This document shows, piece after piece, positions 20,498 to 30,279 of a stretch of DNA of 64,000 nt. Source of the DNA: an uncultured bacterium (GTDB lineage Bacteria > Verrucomicrobiota > Verrucomicrobiia > Limisphaerales > UBA8199); contig CAVVMW010000024.1 of assembly GCA_963749495.1 (NCBI GenBank), positions 160,001 to 224,000 on the forward strand, read 5' to 3'. The position numbers were made by a program, and so were the translations under genes. The notes under the pieces are model-generated. The model ran no database searches and had not been told where the DNA came from. It saw only the letters and a program-made list of their open reading frames with translations. Position 1 is the stretch's first letter. Each line of letters starts with the position of its first letter.

Positions 20498-22297
20498 ATG
20501 AAACTACTGGGGAAACTTAACACACTTATCCTTCTGTCGCTGTTTTTGCCGTCCGGCGCGGCGTTGGCGCAGAAGGAGCAATGGCTGCAGTACCACACCT
20601 CGCGCGAGGAACGCGGCTACCTTTGGCTCGACCTCACGGCCAACCCGCCGCCCAATGTCGCCTTGCCCAAACTGAACGCAAAACCGTGGTTTGCCCGTTG
20701 GACTACGCCCCTGGATCCGAAGGGCCGCTGGCTCTGTTTCGATCGTTCCCGCAGGTCCGGCCCTTATGATCGGGTCTTCATCGACAGCACCGGCAACGGA
20801 CGGCTCGATGACAAGACCGCCCTGAGTGCCGCCCGCATCGACCCCTACAGCGCCACCTTTGATCCCGCGCGCATCGTCTTCAAGGGCGAAGACGGGCCGA
20901 TCACTTACCACTTGCTCCTTCGGTTCATGAACTACGGTCCCGGCAACAACGTCCGGTTGCTGGCTTGCTCCGGCGGTTTCTACTCCGGCACGGTGGACTT
21001 CGGCGGCAAGAAACACCGCATCGAACTCATCGATGGCAACGCCAACGGGGCATTCAACGATTTGGCTTCCACCTCCGGTGCTCGTGACGAGGTGGTCATC
21101 GACAGCACCGGCCCGCAGGCCCTGGGCCGGTTGCTCGAAGTGGACGGCCAATTCTATCGCCTCAACGTCGCCCGCGACGGCGCCTTCGTCAAGGTCCAGA
21201 AGGCAACTGACGTCGCCCTGGGCACGGTGCGCATGCCCACGAACATCTCTGAATTCATCGCCTTGGGCGAAAACGGCCAATTCACGCGCAAGCCTGCCAA
21301 GGGCGAAGTGACGCTGCCGGCCGGCGCTTACGTCGTCAACCAATACATCATCAAACGCAAGGATGAGCGCGGCGCCTCCTGGCAGCTCATGGGCTCCGGC
21401 TTCGAAGCATCCGCCGGCTTCAATGTCGCCGCCGACAAGCCTGTCTTGCTCGACATCGGCGAGCCCGTGCGCGCGGTCATGCAGTCCGCCGAATCAGGGA
21501 GCGAGGTCTCCTTCAGCGTGCGCTTCCTGGGGCGCATGAAGGAAATGATCAATATCACCAAGGACAACGACCGGCCGCGTCCGCCCCGCCTGACCCTGAC
21601 GAGCCTCGACGGCTCATATCGCTACACCAATTCGTTCGAGTTTGGCTGAGGCGGCGTTTGCTCGCTCTCATGGCGAGAGCCCAAAAAGGTCCAACGTCCC
21701 GTCATTGCCACCCTCGGTTTCGTCACCCCGTTCCAGGTGCAGACCCGGCAGGTGACCCTCAAGCCCAAGAACCGCAAGCCGCCTGATCTGGGCCCCGTGG
21801 TCCAGGTCCAGAGCGTGCGGCTCAGCCCCGCCGCCGAGGATGCCGGCCTCAAGGCCCTCATCAATGGCGCCGGCCTGAAGCACATCCATAGGGACGGCCT
21901 CCTGGAGCATGACACCGACCCGGCCACGATGTGGTTGGGCGCCTGCGCGCCGGACCTGAAGATCGAGTTCGAGCTGTCCCAAGCCGTTGCGCTGGCCGCC
22001 ATTGAAGTCTGGAACTTCAACGCCGAATTCGAGACCGCCAACGGCATCCGCAAGGCCGACGTGGCCGTCTCGGCCGATGGTTCGACCTGGCAGACCGTCC
22101 TGGCAGGCGCCGAGTTTGCCGAGGCCGAGGGCACCACTGATTATGACACCCCTGTGGTGCTGAAACTGAACAGCGCCATGGCCCGCAAGGTGCGCCTCGA
22201 AAACATCGTGCCTTGGAGCGCCTCCGGAAAGGTCGGCCTGAGCGCCGTCGTCTTCCACCAGGCCCCCGAAGTCTCCCGCCGCGCAGACGCGAAATGA
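20498..22297 (+). CDS. Exported candidate selenoprotein B, read through in-frame TGA 21647-21649 (599 aa); C-terminal discoidin/galactose-binding-like domain
   Basis: Signal peptide. ORFs 20498-21649 and 21737-22297 share a frame with no other stop. Read-through gives NSFEFG-U-GGVCSLSWREP. The C-terminal IEVWNFN...SADGSTW...VGLSAVVF resembles a discoidin-like fold. Confidence 0.8.
21647..21680 (+). promoter_or_regulatory. Candidate bacterial SECIS: TGA + 14 nt + GCTCTC-ATGGC-GAGAGC hairpin
   Basis: Stem 21664-21669 / 21675-21680; two compensatory pair changes relative to the 19391 hairpin. Confidence 0.78.
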
Positions 22298-22328
22298 GCC
22301 AGGCGTGGGGCGTAGAATCGATTGGACT

Positions 22329-22431
22329 CGTCTGACGCGTCTGACCAGTCTGACGCGTCCGATGGGTCCGCATTCGTCATTCGTCATTCGTCATTCGTCA
22401 TTCGTCATTCCGCACTCCGCACTCCGCACTC
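22329..22431. repeat. 9-mer (GTCTGAC..) run, then (CATTCGT)5 and (CGCACTC)3 arrays
   Basis: Read directly. Confidence 0.88.
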
Positions 22432-22432
22432 T

Positions 22433-25400
22433 ATGAGTCCCCCCTCCCGCCATCTCTTCCTCCTGCCCCTCCTGCTCGCCTTCACCGCCGGCGCAGAGAC
22501 CAACAGCGTGTTTCATTGCCGGGCCAAAGTCGTGGATGCCAACGGCCAACCGGTCCCCGGCGCCATAGTGGAGCGGTATTGCACCCCGGTTCCCGTACTG
22601 TGGCGTTACAACCTGCAGTTGGTTGGGCGGTTGGCCGCCGATCAGGACGGCGCCGCAACGTTCACTGCCACGAACGAGGCGTGGTCGATGTTCGTGGCCT
22701 CCAAGCCCGGTTTCTCGATGGGCTGGGCCTCCACGACCCCGTTCGCCGGCGTCGATGAGGACATCGAGACGATTACGCTGAGCGCGCCGCATTGCGTATG
22801 GGGGCAGGTGCAGGATGCCGACGGCAGGCCGGTCCCGGACGCAACGGTGTGGGTCAGTTTCGCCATCCAAACGATGGAAGGGACGGCGGCATGGCAGGCG
22901 CCGCTCACCTCCCGCCTGGGAGGCCAGGTACTTCTCCGCGCGCACCGGCCCTGACGGCAGGTTCCGCATCGAGGGCCTCCCCGGGGAGACCGGGTTGGAA
23001 CTGGCCGCGCGCAAGCCCGGCCTGGCCATGGACTTGTCGGAGCGCGCGTCCATCTACATGTCCCTGGACGCCATGAGGTTCCATGCTGGCCAATCGAACA
23101 TCGTCCTTACGCTTAAGCCCGCCGGCGTGGTCGAAGGCCGGGTTGTCCGGGAGGACTCCGCCGCGCCTGTCGCCGGGGCCCGGGTTGCGCTGGTGGAGGG
23201 TTTCATGTCCGGCCAAGACTCCTTCCCGAGCCCTGTAGTGACGGGCGCGGATGGCGCCTTTCGCCTTGCCGACCTCGGCCCGGGCCAATACAGGCTCCAG
23301 GCAGTCGTTGGGACCAACCAACCGCCGGACTTGGTTGGCGAGCCGGTTGTTGTCGCCCTGGAGGCCGGCGCCACGAACCGGGACGTGAAACTCACGGTTG
23401 GGCCCGGCGCCGTGCTCGAAGTGACCGTCCACCAGGAGGCCGGTGATCGGCCTGTGAAGGATGCGACGGTTTTGGCCGCCAGCCCGCCCGACAGCGCCGA
23501 GTATGCCTCGACCTCCGACCGGGGCATTGCCCGGTTTCGTTTGCGGCCCGGCGAGTACCAGGTGAACGCGTCTCAGGCAGGCGGTTTCGGCTCTGACTTC
23601 CAGCAGGTGTCCATCGAGCGGAACCAGACCAACTCGGTCGCCCTGACGCTGGCGGCGCCTTCGAGCAGCCGGCTGGCGGGCACGGTCGTTGATGCAGAGG
23701 GCAAGCCCGCTCCCGAGGTCATGGTGACCGCCTTTCCCTTCTTTGGTGTGAGCAAGCAAACCGACGCCCAGGGCCGGTTCTCGCTCATGGCCGATAGCCG
23801 CCAGTTTGGCGGCATGCAAAACACCGAGCGGGTGCTCATCGCCCGCGATTTCAAACGCGGCCTCGCCGCCGCGCTCGAAGTGGACGAAGATGCCACCAAC
23901 GCCGTCTTGCGGCTCGAACCCGGCTTGACTCTGTCCGGCCGCATTACCGATGAGCACGGCAAACCGATAACCAATGCCCAGGCCGACTTCATGTTTCACA
24001 CGGAGCGCATGAGTATGGGCTTCAATAGACCCGCCAGGGCCGATGCCGACGGTCGTTTCGAGATCAAGGCCCTGCCTCCTGCCCGGCAATACACCGTGAA
24101 CGTCTCCGCCAAGGGCTTCGGCCGGGACAGCCGGCACCTCGACGCTGCGGAGACCGCCGCGCGCCGCGTCGAACTCGAACCGTTTCAGCTCGAGACGGCC
24201 AACCTGCGCATCTCCGGCGTGGTGGTCGGGCCTGACGATAAACCGATCCCCGGCGCCATGGTAAACTCCTTCGACCCGAAGCAGCCCCAGTTGAACGGGC
24301 AGACCGATTCCCAGGGACGGTTCGTCTTCGAGCACGTCTGCGCCGGCCCGATCGGCCTCAATGCCCATAGCCCGCGCCAGGCGGGCCGCTGGGGTAACAC
24401 CACCGCCCAGGGCGGTGACACCAACATCGTCATCCAGCTTGCGGACCAGGCACGCGGTCAGGTCGTCCGCTCGCCCTACGGAGGCTCGAAGCTCAGCGGC
24501 TCGGTTGTCGGTCCCGATGGCAAGCCCGCTCCCAGGGTCATGGTCAGCCTCTTCCCCTTTTTCGGCTACGCTCAGAAACGCACGGACGAGCAAGGCCGCT
24601 TCACTCTCAACACCCAGTCCACCATGATGGCCGGTTCGGCTCCCCAACGCGTCCTCATCGCCCGCGACCTGGAGCGCAACCTGGCCGCCACCCTCGACCT
24701 GGACGAGGACGCGACCAATGCCGACCTGAAGCTCGAGGCCGGCTGGAGCCTGTCCGGGCGTGTTACCGACACAAACGGCCATGCCATCTCCAATGCCCAG
24801 GCCCAGGTGAACTTGAGCACCGACCGGATGAGTTCTCAGCTCGGCCAACCCGTTCGCGTGGACGCCGTGGGCCGCTTCGAGATCAAGGCCCTCCCTCATG
24901 GCCGCCGCTTCGGCGTTACCCTCTCCGCCAGGGGCTTCGGCCAGGACGAGCAGAACGTCGAGGCGCCTCAGACCGGGACCCAGCGGCTCCAACTGGAGGA
25001 ACCCTTCACGCTGCTCGCCGCGGACCAGCGCATCGCAGGCGTGGTGCTCGATTCCGACGACAAGCCCGTGGCCCGGCGCGCACCTCTATATCTACGGCGC
25101 CAAGCAACCCCCCCAGAACAGCCAAGCAGATTCCCACGGGCACTTCTCGCTCGAAAAGGTCTGTCCCGGTACACTCCAGATCTCCGCCAACAGCCAGCGC
25201 GGCAGCAGCTACGGCTCCGTCTCCGCCGAGGGCGGCGATACCAACATCACAATCCGGCTCGGTTCCAGCCCGGTCCAGCGCTTCCAGGCTCCCAGGGCCG
25301 CCTCGCTCCGGGGCAAACCGCTGCCGGACCTTGCGCCCCTGGGCTTGGGGCCTGCCGAGGCCCCGGCTGGCGAACCGCTCTTGCTCCTGCTCATCGATGC

Positions 25401-25707
25401 CGAGCAGCGCCCCTCCCGCCGTGCCTTGCGCCTCCTGGCCGAGCAGGCCGCCGACCTCAAACAGAAGGGTCTCGGTGTGATCGTGCTCCAGGCCGGCGCC
25501 CTGACCGACGAGGCCTTTGCCGCCTGGAAACAGGAGGCTGGCTCTCCCTTCCCGATCGGCTGTTTCAAAGAGCCGGGCGAAAAGGCCTCCTCCGCCTGGG
25601 GCGCCACAGCCCTGCCTTGGCTGATCCTGGCCGACAAAGCGCACCGCGTGACCGCCGAAGGATTCGAGCTGGAAGAACTCGATGGGAAGGTGAAGGAACT
25701 CAAGTGA
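22433..25707 (+). CDS. Large exported protein with carboxypeptidase-regulatory-like beta-sandwich repeats and a C-terminal Cys-less thioredoxin-like domain; apparent frameshifts ~22925 and ~25075
   Basis: Signal peptide; repeated G.V.D.DG.P....V...TD..GRF units; internal duplication; tail GKPLPDL...LLLIDAEQRPSRR...LPWLILAD. Confidence 0.8.
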
Positions 25708-25719
25708 GTGCGGAGCGGG

Positions 25720-25857
25720 GAATGACGAATGACGAATGACGAATGACGAATGACGAATGACGAATGACGAATGACGAATGACGAATGACGAATGACGAAT
25801 GACGAATGACGAATGCAAAGGGGCGCCTTCGTCATTCGTCATTCGTCATTCGTCATT
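25720..25857. repeat. (GAATGAC)13 and inverted (TTCGTCA)4 between convergent genes
   Basis: Read directly: 25720-25810 and 25828-25857. Confidence 0.95.
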
Positions 25858-25859
25858 TC

Positions 25860-27893
25860 TCACTGTATCCTTCCGAACTTCTTCTCCAGTTCGCGGAAGT
25901 TCATCTCGATGAGGGTGGGCCGGCCGTGGGGGCAGGTGTAGGGCATCGCGCAGTGGCGCAAGTCCTCGACCAGCGCCTCCAACTCGGGCCCGGCCAGCGG
26001 GTCGCGGGCCTTGACCGCATGACGGCAGACGGTCTTGGCCACCATCTGCTCGCCTAGCCGCATCGGGTTGACCGCCTGCCCGCTCGCCTTGAGTTCATCG
26101 AGCACCTGCAGGACGAATCGCCGCGGGTCGGCCACTTTCACGAACGGCGGCAACGCGTCCAGCAGGAAGGTGCGCTCGCCGAACTCGCTCAGCCCGACGC
26201 CTAGCCGCGCCAGCACGGGCAACTGCTCCCGGACGAAGACGGCGTCCCGCGCCGACAACTCGACGGTTTCGGGCAGCAGCAGCCGCTGGGTGGGCGCCTG
26301 GTCTTTCTGCTCGAGACGGCTGAGCATCTGCTCGTAGAGAATCCGCTCGTGTGCCGCGTGTTGATCCAGCAACACCAGGCCGCGATCCGATTCCAGCACC
26401 ACGTAGAGCCTGCCCACCACTCCAACCAACCGCAAGGGCACGCTCAGCAACGGCACCGCCGCCGGCGCGGCCAGAGGCCGGAGGTCGGAGGTCGGAGGCC
26501 GGAGGTCGGAGGTCGGAGGCCGGAGGTTGGGGGCCGGAGGCCGGAGGTTGGGGGCCGGAGGCCGGAAGTCGGGGGCCGGAGGCCGGAAGTCGGGGGCCGG
26601 AGGCCGGAAGTCGGAGGTCGGAGGTCGGAAGACAGAGTTCTCCGTCCTCCGACTTCCGTCCTCCGACCTCTGTCCTCCGGCCTCTGGACTGTGGACCGTG
26701 GGCTGTGGACTGTGGACTGTGGACTGTGGACTGTGGACTGTGGACTGCGGACTGTGGACTGTGGAAAGGGTCCGGCGGAGCGCGTCTGCGACCAACCTTC
26801 GGACTTCCCCTTCCTGGTGGAACCTGACCTCGCGCTTGGCCGGGTGGATGTTCACGTCCACGGCGGCGGGATCGAGTTCCAAGAAGAGGCAGCAGACGGG
26901 ATAGCGGCCCTTCATGAGGGCGGTGCGGTAGCCTTCGAGCAGGGCCAGATTGAGGCCGCGATTCTGGATGGGGCGCCGGTTCACGAAGAGGTGCTGGTCC
27001 TCGCGGGTCAGGCGTGACACACCCGGCGCGCCGATGAAACCCCAGAGGCGGAAGCGCGAGGCGGCTCTTTCCGATGATGATTCCGGCGAAGGCCCCTGGC
27101 TTGGGGAGAGAGGGGGGCACTGCTCGAACTGGGCATCGGCATCAAGCTCTCTTTGGAGCGGCTGGCGGGACGGAATGAGGGCGTCGAAATCCACCGGCAG
27201 CAGTCCTTGCTCGCCGCCATAAAGCGCCCTCAATCGCTCGCGGAGGGCGTCCAGGCGCGCACGGGCGTTGCTGCCGCTCCTGATTGCCGGCAATTGCCAG
27301 ACCAGCCGGCCGTCTTTTTGGAAGGTGAAGGCGACCTCCGGAAAGGCCAGCGCGGCCAGCATCAGGTAATGCTGGATGTGAGCCGACTCGGTCGGTTCGG
27401 TGCGGAGGAATTTGCGGCGGGCCGGCAGGTTGAAGAAGAGCTGGCGCACCTCGACGGTGGTGCCGGGGGCGGTGCCAGCGGCCTTGACCTGGAGGATTTT
27501 TCCGCCGTTGATGACGACCTGTGTGCCCTCGGGCGATTGGCTTTGGCCTTCGCGGGTCGTCAAGGTGAAGCGGCTTACGCTGGCAATGCTGGGCAGGGCC
27601 TCGCCCCGAAAGCCCAGGGTCGCGATGGCGGCAAGGTCCTCGGCGCGTCGGATCTTGCTGGTGGCGTGCTGCTCCAGGCAGAGCAAGGCATCGTCGCGGC
27701 TCATGCCGGTGCCGTCGTCGGTCACCCGCACCAGGCTGCGCCCGCCCGCCTGGACCTCGACCGTCACGCGCCCTGCCTGGGCGTCCAGCGAGTTCTCGAC
27801 CAGTTCCTTGACCACGCTGGCGGGCCGTTCGATGACCTCTCCGGCGGCGATTTGATTGGCCACTTGCTCGGGGAGAAGGCGGATGCGGTTCAT
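25860..27893 (-). CDS. mutL: DNA mismatch repair protein MutL
   Basis: MNRIRLLPEQVANQIAAGEVIERPASVVKELVENSLDA, GFRGEAL, DVNIHPAKREV, DQHAAHERILYE endonuclease motif, CPHGRP. Confidence 0.97.
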   Translation of the reverse strand: MNRIRLLPEQVANQIAAGEVIERPASVVKELVENSLDAQAGRVTVEVQAGGRSLVRVTDDGTGMSRDDALLCLEQHATSKIRRAEDLAAIATLGFRGEALPSIASVSRFTLTTREGQSQSPEGTQVVINGGKILQVKAAGTAPGTTVEVRQLFFNLPARRKFLRTEPTESAHIQHYLMLAALAFPEVAFTFQKDGRLVWQLPAIRSGSNARARLDALRERLRALYGGEQGLLPVDFDALIPSRQPLQRELDADAQFEQCPPLSPSQGPSPESSSERAASRFRLWGFIGAPGVSRLTREDQHLFVNRRPIQNRGLNLALLEGYRTALMKGRYPVCCLFLELDPAAVDVNIHPAKREVRFHQEGEVRRLVADALRRTLSTVHSPQSTVHSPQSTVHSPQPTVHSPEAGGQRSEDGSRRTENSVFRPPTSDFRPPAPDFRPPAPDFRPPAPNLRPPAPNLRPPTSDLRPPTSDLRPLAAPAAVPLLSVPLRLVGVVGRLYVVLESDRGLVLLDQHAAHERILYEQMLSRLEQKDQAPTQRLLLPETVELSARDAVFVREQLPVLARLGVGLSEFGERTFLLDALPPFVKVADPRRFVLQVLDELKASGQAVNPMRLGEQMVAKTVCRHAVKARDPLAGPELEALVEDLRHCAMPYTCPHGRPTLIEMNFRELEKKFGRIQ
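26474..26765. repeat. In-frame heptamer arrays in the mutL linker: ~22x GGAGGYC-type, inverted CCTCCGA-type, 11x TGGACTG
   Basis: Translated as STVHSPQ repeats and PPAPDFR/PPTSDLR repeats. Confidence 0.93.
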
Positions 27894-28141
27894 GCCAGGC
27901 AATCCTGGGGCAACGGCAGGCCGAAGGAGAAGATGGCGCCGCGGCCCGGCTCGGAGCGGGCGCGAATCCAGCCGCGGTGGTCCTCGATGATGCGTTTGCA
28001 GATCAACAGGCCCAGGCCGGTGCCATGGCTGAAGATCTGCTCCCCGGCCGGGTACGACCGCTCCTGGGCAATCCGCCTCAGTCCGCCCATCTCTTCCGGG
28101 GTCACCCGGGAAAAACACCGGCTCTCTTCAAGCGTCACCAT
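27890..28141 (-). pseudogene. Internally deleted cNMP-binding sensor histidine kinase remnant (83 aa)
   Basis: The cNMP-domain-like start (RSYPAGEQIF) is joined directly to a HATPase_c end (GTGLGLLICKRIIEDHRGWI...PGRGAIFSFGLP). Confidence 0.75.
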
Positions 28142-28476
28142 GCGGGCACTTTAGGACAAAACCCCGGCAGGTAAAGCCACTTCCGGGGTGAACACCCGTT
28201 CACGGGCGGGTTTGGTGAGTACCACAACGGCATGAACGACCGGGCGCAACGCCCGCGTGCCGACCCCATCCCGAAGGGATGGTAATCACTCAGCCCAGGG
28301 TTGCACCGCCCTTTCGCCAGAAAGGGCGCGGCTACCCTGGGTCACGCCGCCCGTGACTAACTACCCCGAAGGGGTTGCATCAACCGCTGATAAAACCCTT
28401 TCAGGTTTTGACCTTTGGTGGCCTGCGTCCCAGGGTAGCGCGTTCCGCGCAACCCTGGGCTGAGTGATCAGAAGCC

Positions 28477-30270
28477 CTACGGGCTACTGCGCGGCTCCAC
28501 CTTGCTCTCCGCCACCTTTTCGAGCTGGCGCAGTATGCCCTCCGGCTCGGCCACACCCATCCTGGCGATCTCTTCCGCCCGTTCGAGGCTGTCCGCCACA
28601 GCGTAGATCCTCAGTTCGTCCGCGTTGCCCGAGGGCCGGAAGTGGGCCACGTCGCCGTTGTCGAAATAGACGCGCACCCCGTCAATATAATTGATGCGGC
28701 GCAGGGCGCCGAACCCAAGGGCAGGGCTGAAACAGCGGGCGAGCGCATCGCGGATGGAGCTCAGGCCGGCTGCCGCGCCGGCTGACGGCAGTGGACGGCC
28801 CTCCTGGTCTTTGAGGACCGTTTGCCCGGCCTCGAACCAGACCTCTTTGACCCTGGGGTCCGGGGGTGAAAACGCGGCGACAAGGCGAAGGCCGGCGGAA
28901 CGGGGAAAGTGCTCGAGCAGGGCGGCGCGGCTGAAGCGGGCGGGGAGTTGGGCGAAGAGTTGCGGGAGCGACAGGCCCTTTGCCGCGGCAGCAAAGAGCA
29001 CGCCGAGGATGGGCAGAAAGGCGTCTCGGGTGGGCAGTGCCTTGAGCAGCCTGCCCTGGCGCAAGATAGCCGAGCCGGTGAGAAAACCGCCGTTGGCTTC
29101 CCAGCCGCAAACGGCCCTGCGGCCCTTGGCCAGCGCGCCCTCCATGCCCGCAATCACGTGCGGGGAGCCGATGCGGGTCCTGGGTTCGAGGGCCTCCTTG
29201 AGCGGGCCGCAGTCCACACCGTCGTTGCAACTGATGGGCACCACCACGGCGTCCGCGTCCAGGAATTGCGCCACCACCATGCCCACGAGGTCGCCCCCGA
29301 AAAACCGGACGCGGCAAGCCCCCGGGCCGGTCTGCGCCTCCACGCCCAGGATGAGCGGACGATCGCTGTCGCCGTCGGTGGACACGATGGCGTCGAGTGG
29401 CCCGTGAGTCCGCCAGGCCTCGGACGCCAGCGCTTGAATGGCGGCCAACTGCGCCGCGCCAATGTTCTCCGTGTCGATGGGGACAAAGTCCTCGCTGCGT
29501 CCTGCGGGCACGACCTCCGCTCCCAGCCGCCGCAGCAGTTCGACCAGCAGGTCGCGCCCGACCGCCGAGTGCTGATAGACCAGCAATCGTTTGCCCCGGA
29601 GGCTGCGCCCCGCGAAGAAATCCGTGTAGCGGCGCAAATAGGCCTCCGCGGCGGCGGCCGTTGCCGCCGGCAATTCCCGGTGGCCCCTCTTGAACCGGCC
29701 CTGCTCGTCGAAGGGCGATTCGCCGAAGGGCTGCGCGTAAAGCCGCCGGCGGACCCGCTGGGCGCGCTCCCGGATTGGGGCCTCGTCTCTCTTGAGCAAC
29801 TCACCGCGGGCCGTGTTGGTCTTGTAGCCGTTGCGGTCAAAGGGAATGTGGCTGCCGGTTACCATGGTGCTCGCCCGGCCGTGTTCCCACGCGAAAGCGG
29901 CCAGCGCGGGCGTGGGCACCCGCCCCAGAAACACCGGCTTCATCCCGGCGTCCTCGATTGCCGCCGCCACCGCCTGCGCCAGTTCGCCGCGCCCTTGTTC
30001 CTCGGCCACATACCGGCTCGAACTGGGGCGCAAGTCACAGGCGAAATAGAACTCCTGGCCGCGGACAACACCCCCCTGGCCCGCCGGCAACGACTGCAGA
30101 TACTCCAACTCCGCCACGACATTGAGATACACCTCGAGCTGGGTCAGGTGAATCACCAGCCCACGCCGGCCGCTGGTGCCGAACTCCAACGGCACCGGCT
30201 CATAATCCAGACGCGAACGCAACGAATCGCCGGGCTTGACGCTTTCCATAACCGTTGCAGGATTGCTCAC
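28477..30270 (-). CDS. Phosphomannomutase/phosphoglucomutase
   Basis: FGTSGRRG, TGSHIP (phospho-Ser), STDGDSDRP, WEANGG, RPSGNADELRIY. Confidence 0.93.
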   Translation of the reverse strand: MSNPATVMESVKPGDSLRSRLDYEPVPLEFGTSGRRGLVIHLTQLEVYLNVVAELEYLQSLPAGQGGVVRGQEFYFACDLRPSSSRYVAEEQGRGELAQAVAAAIEDAGMKPVFLGRVPTPALAAFAWEHGRASTMVTGSHIPFDRNGYKTNTARGELLKRDEAPIRERAQRVRRRLYAQPFGESPFDEQGRFKRGHRELPAATAAAAEAYLRRYTDFFAGRSLRGKRLLVYQHSAVGRDLLVELLRRLGAEVVPAGRSEDFVPIDTENIGAAQLAAIQALASEAWRTHGPLDAIVSTDGDSDRPLILGVEAQTGPGACRVRFFGGDLVGMVVAQFLDADAVVVPISCNDGVDCGPLKEALEPRTRIGSPHVIAGMEGALAKGRRAVCGWEANGGFLTGSAILRQGRLLKALPTRDAFLPILGVLFAAAAKGLSLPQLFAQLPARFSRAALLEHFPRSAGLRLVAAFSPPDPRVKEVWFEAGQTVLKDQEGRPLPSAGAAAGLSSIRDALARCFSPALGFGALRRINYIDGVRVYFDNGDVAHFRPSGNADELRIYAVADSLERAEEIARMGVAEPEGILRQLEKVAESKVEPRSSP

Positions 30271-30279
30271 TGCGCCACA

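Noticed and set aside
19374..21649. Genome-wide TGA reassignment (genetic code 4 or 25) as the explanation for read-through
   Set aside because: Conserved genes such as rplM, mutL and rluD end at TGA at their expected C-termini, and Trp is encoded by TGG throughout.
19425..22297. ORFs 19425-20327 and 21737-22297 as independent genes
   Set aside because: Both start at GTG without an evident RBS, lie in frame with the upstream gene, and the intervening sequences are conserved between the two loci as protein and as RNA structure.
23660..25260. Diversity-generating retroelement template/variable repeat pair in the duplicated segment
   Set aside because: The duplication is protein-level with differences at all bases, not adenine-specific, and no reverse transcriptase is in the window.
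25720..25857. CRISPR array
   Set aside because: These are pure 7-nt tandem repeats with no unique spacers, and no cas genes are present. The same applies to the other arrays and REP clusters.
25860..28118. 752-aa MutL with N-terminal extension, as in the ORF track
   Set aside because: MutL homology starts at MNRIRLLPEQ (27893); the upstream part overlaps the kinase remnant in another frame.
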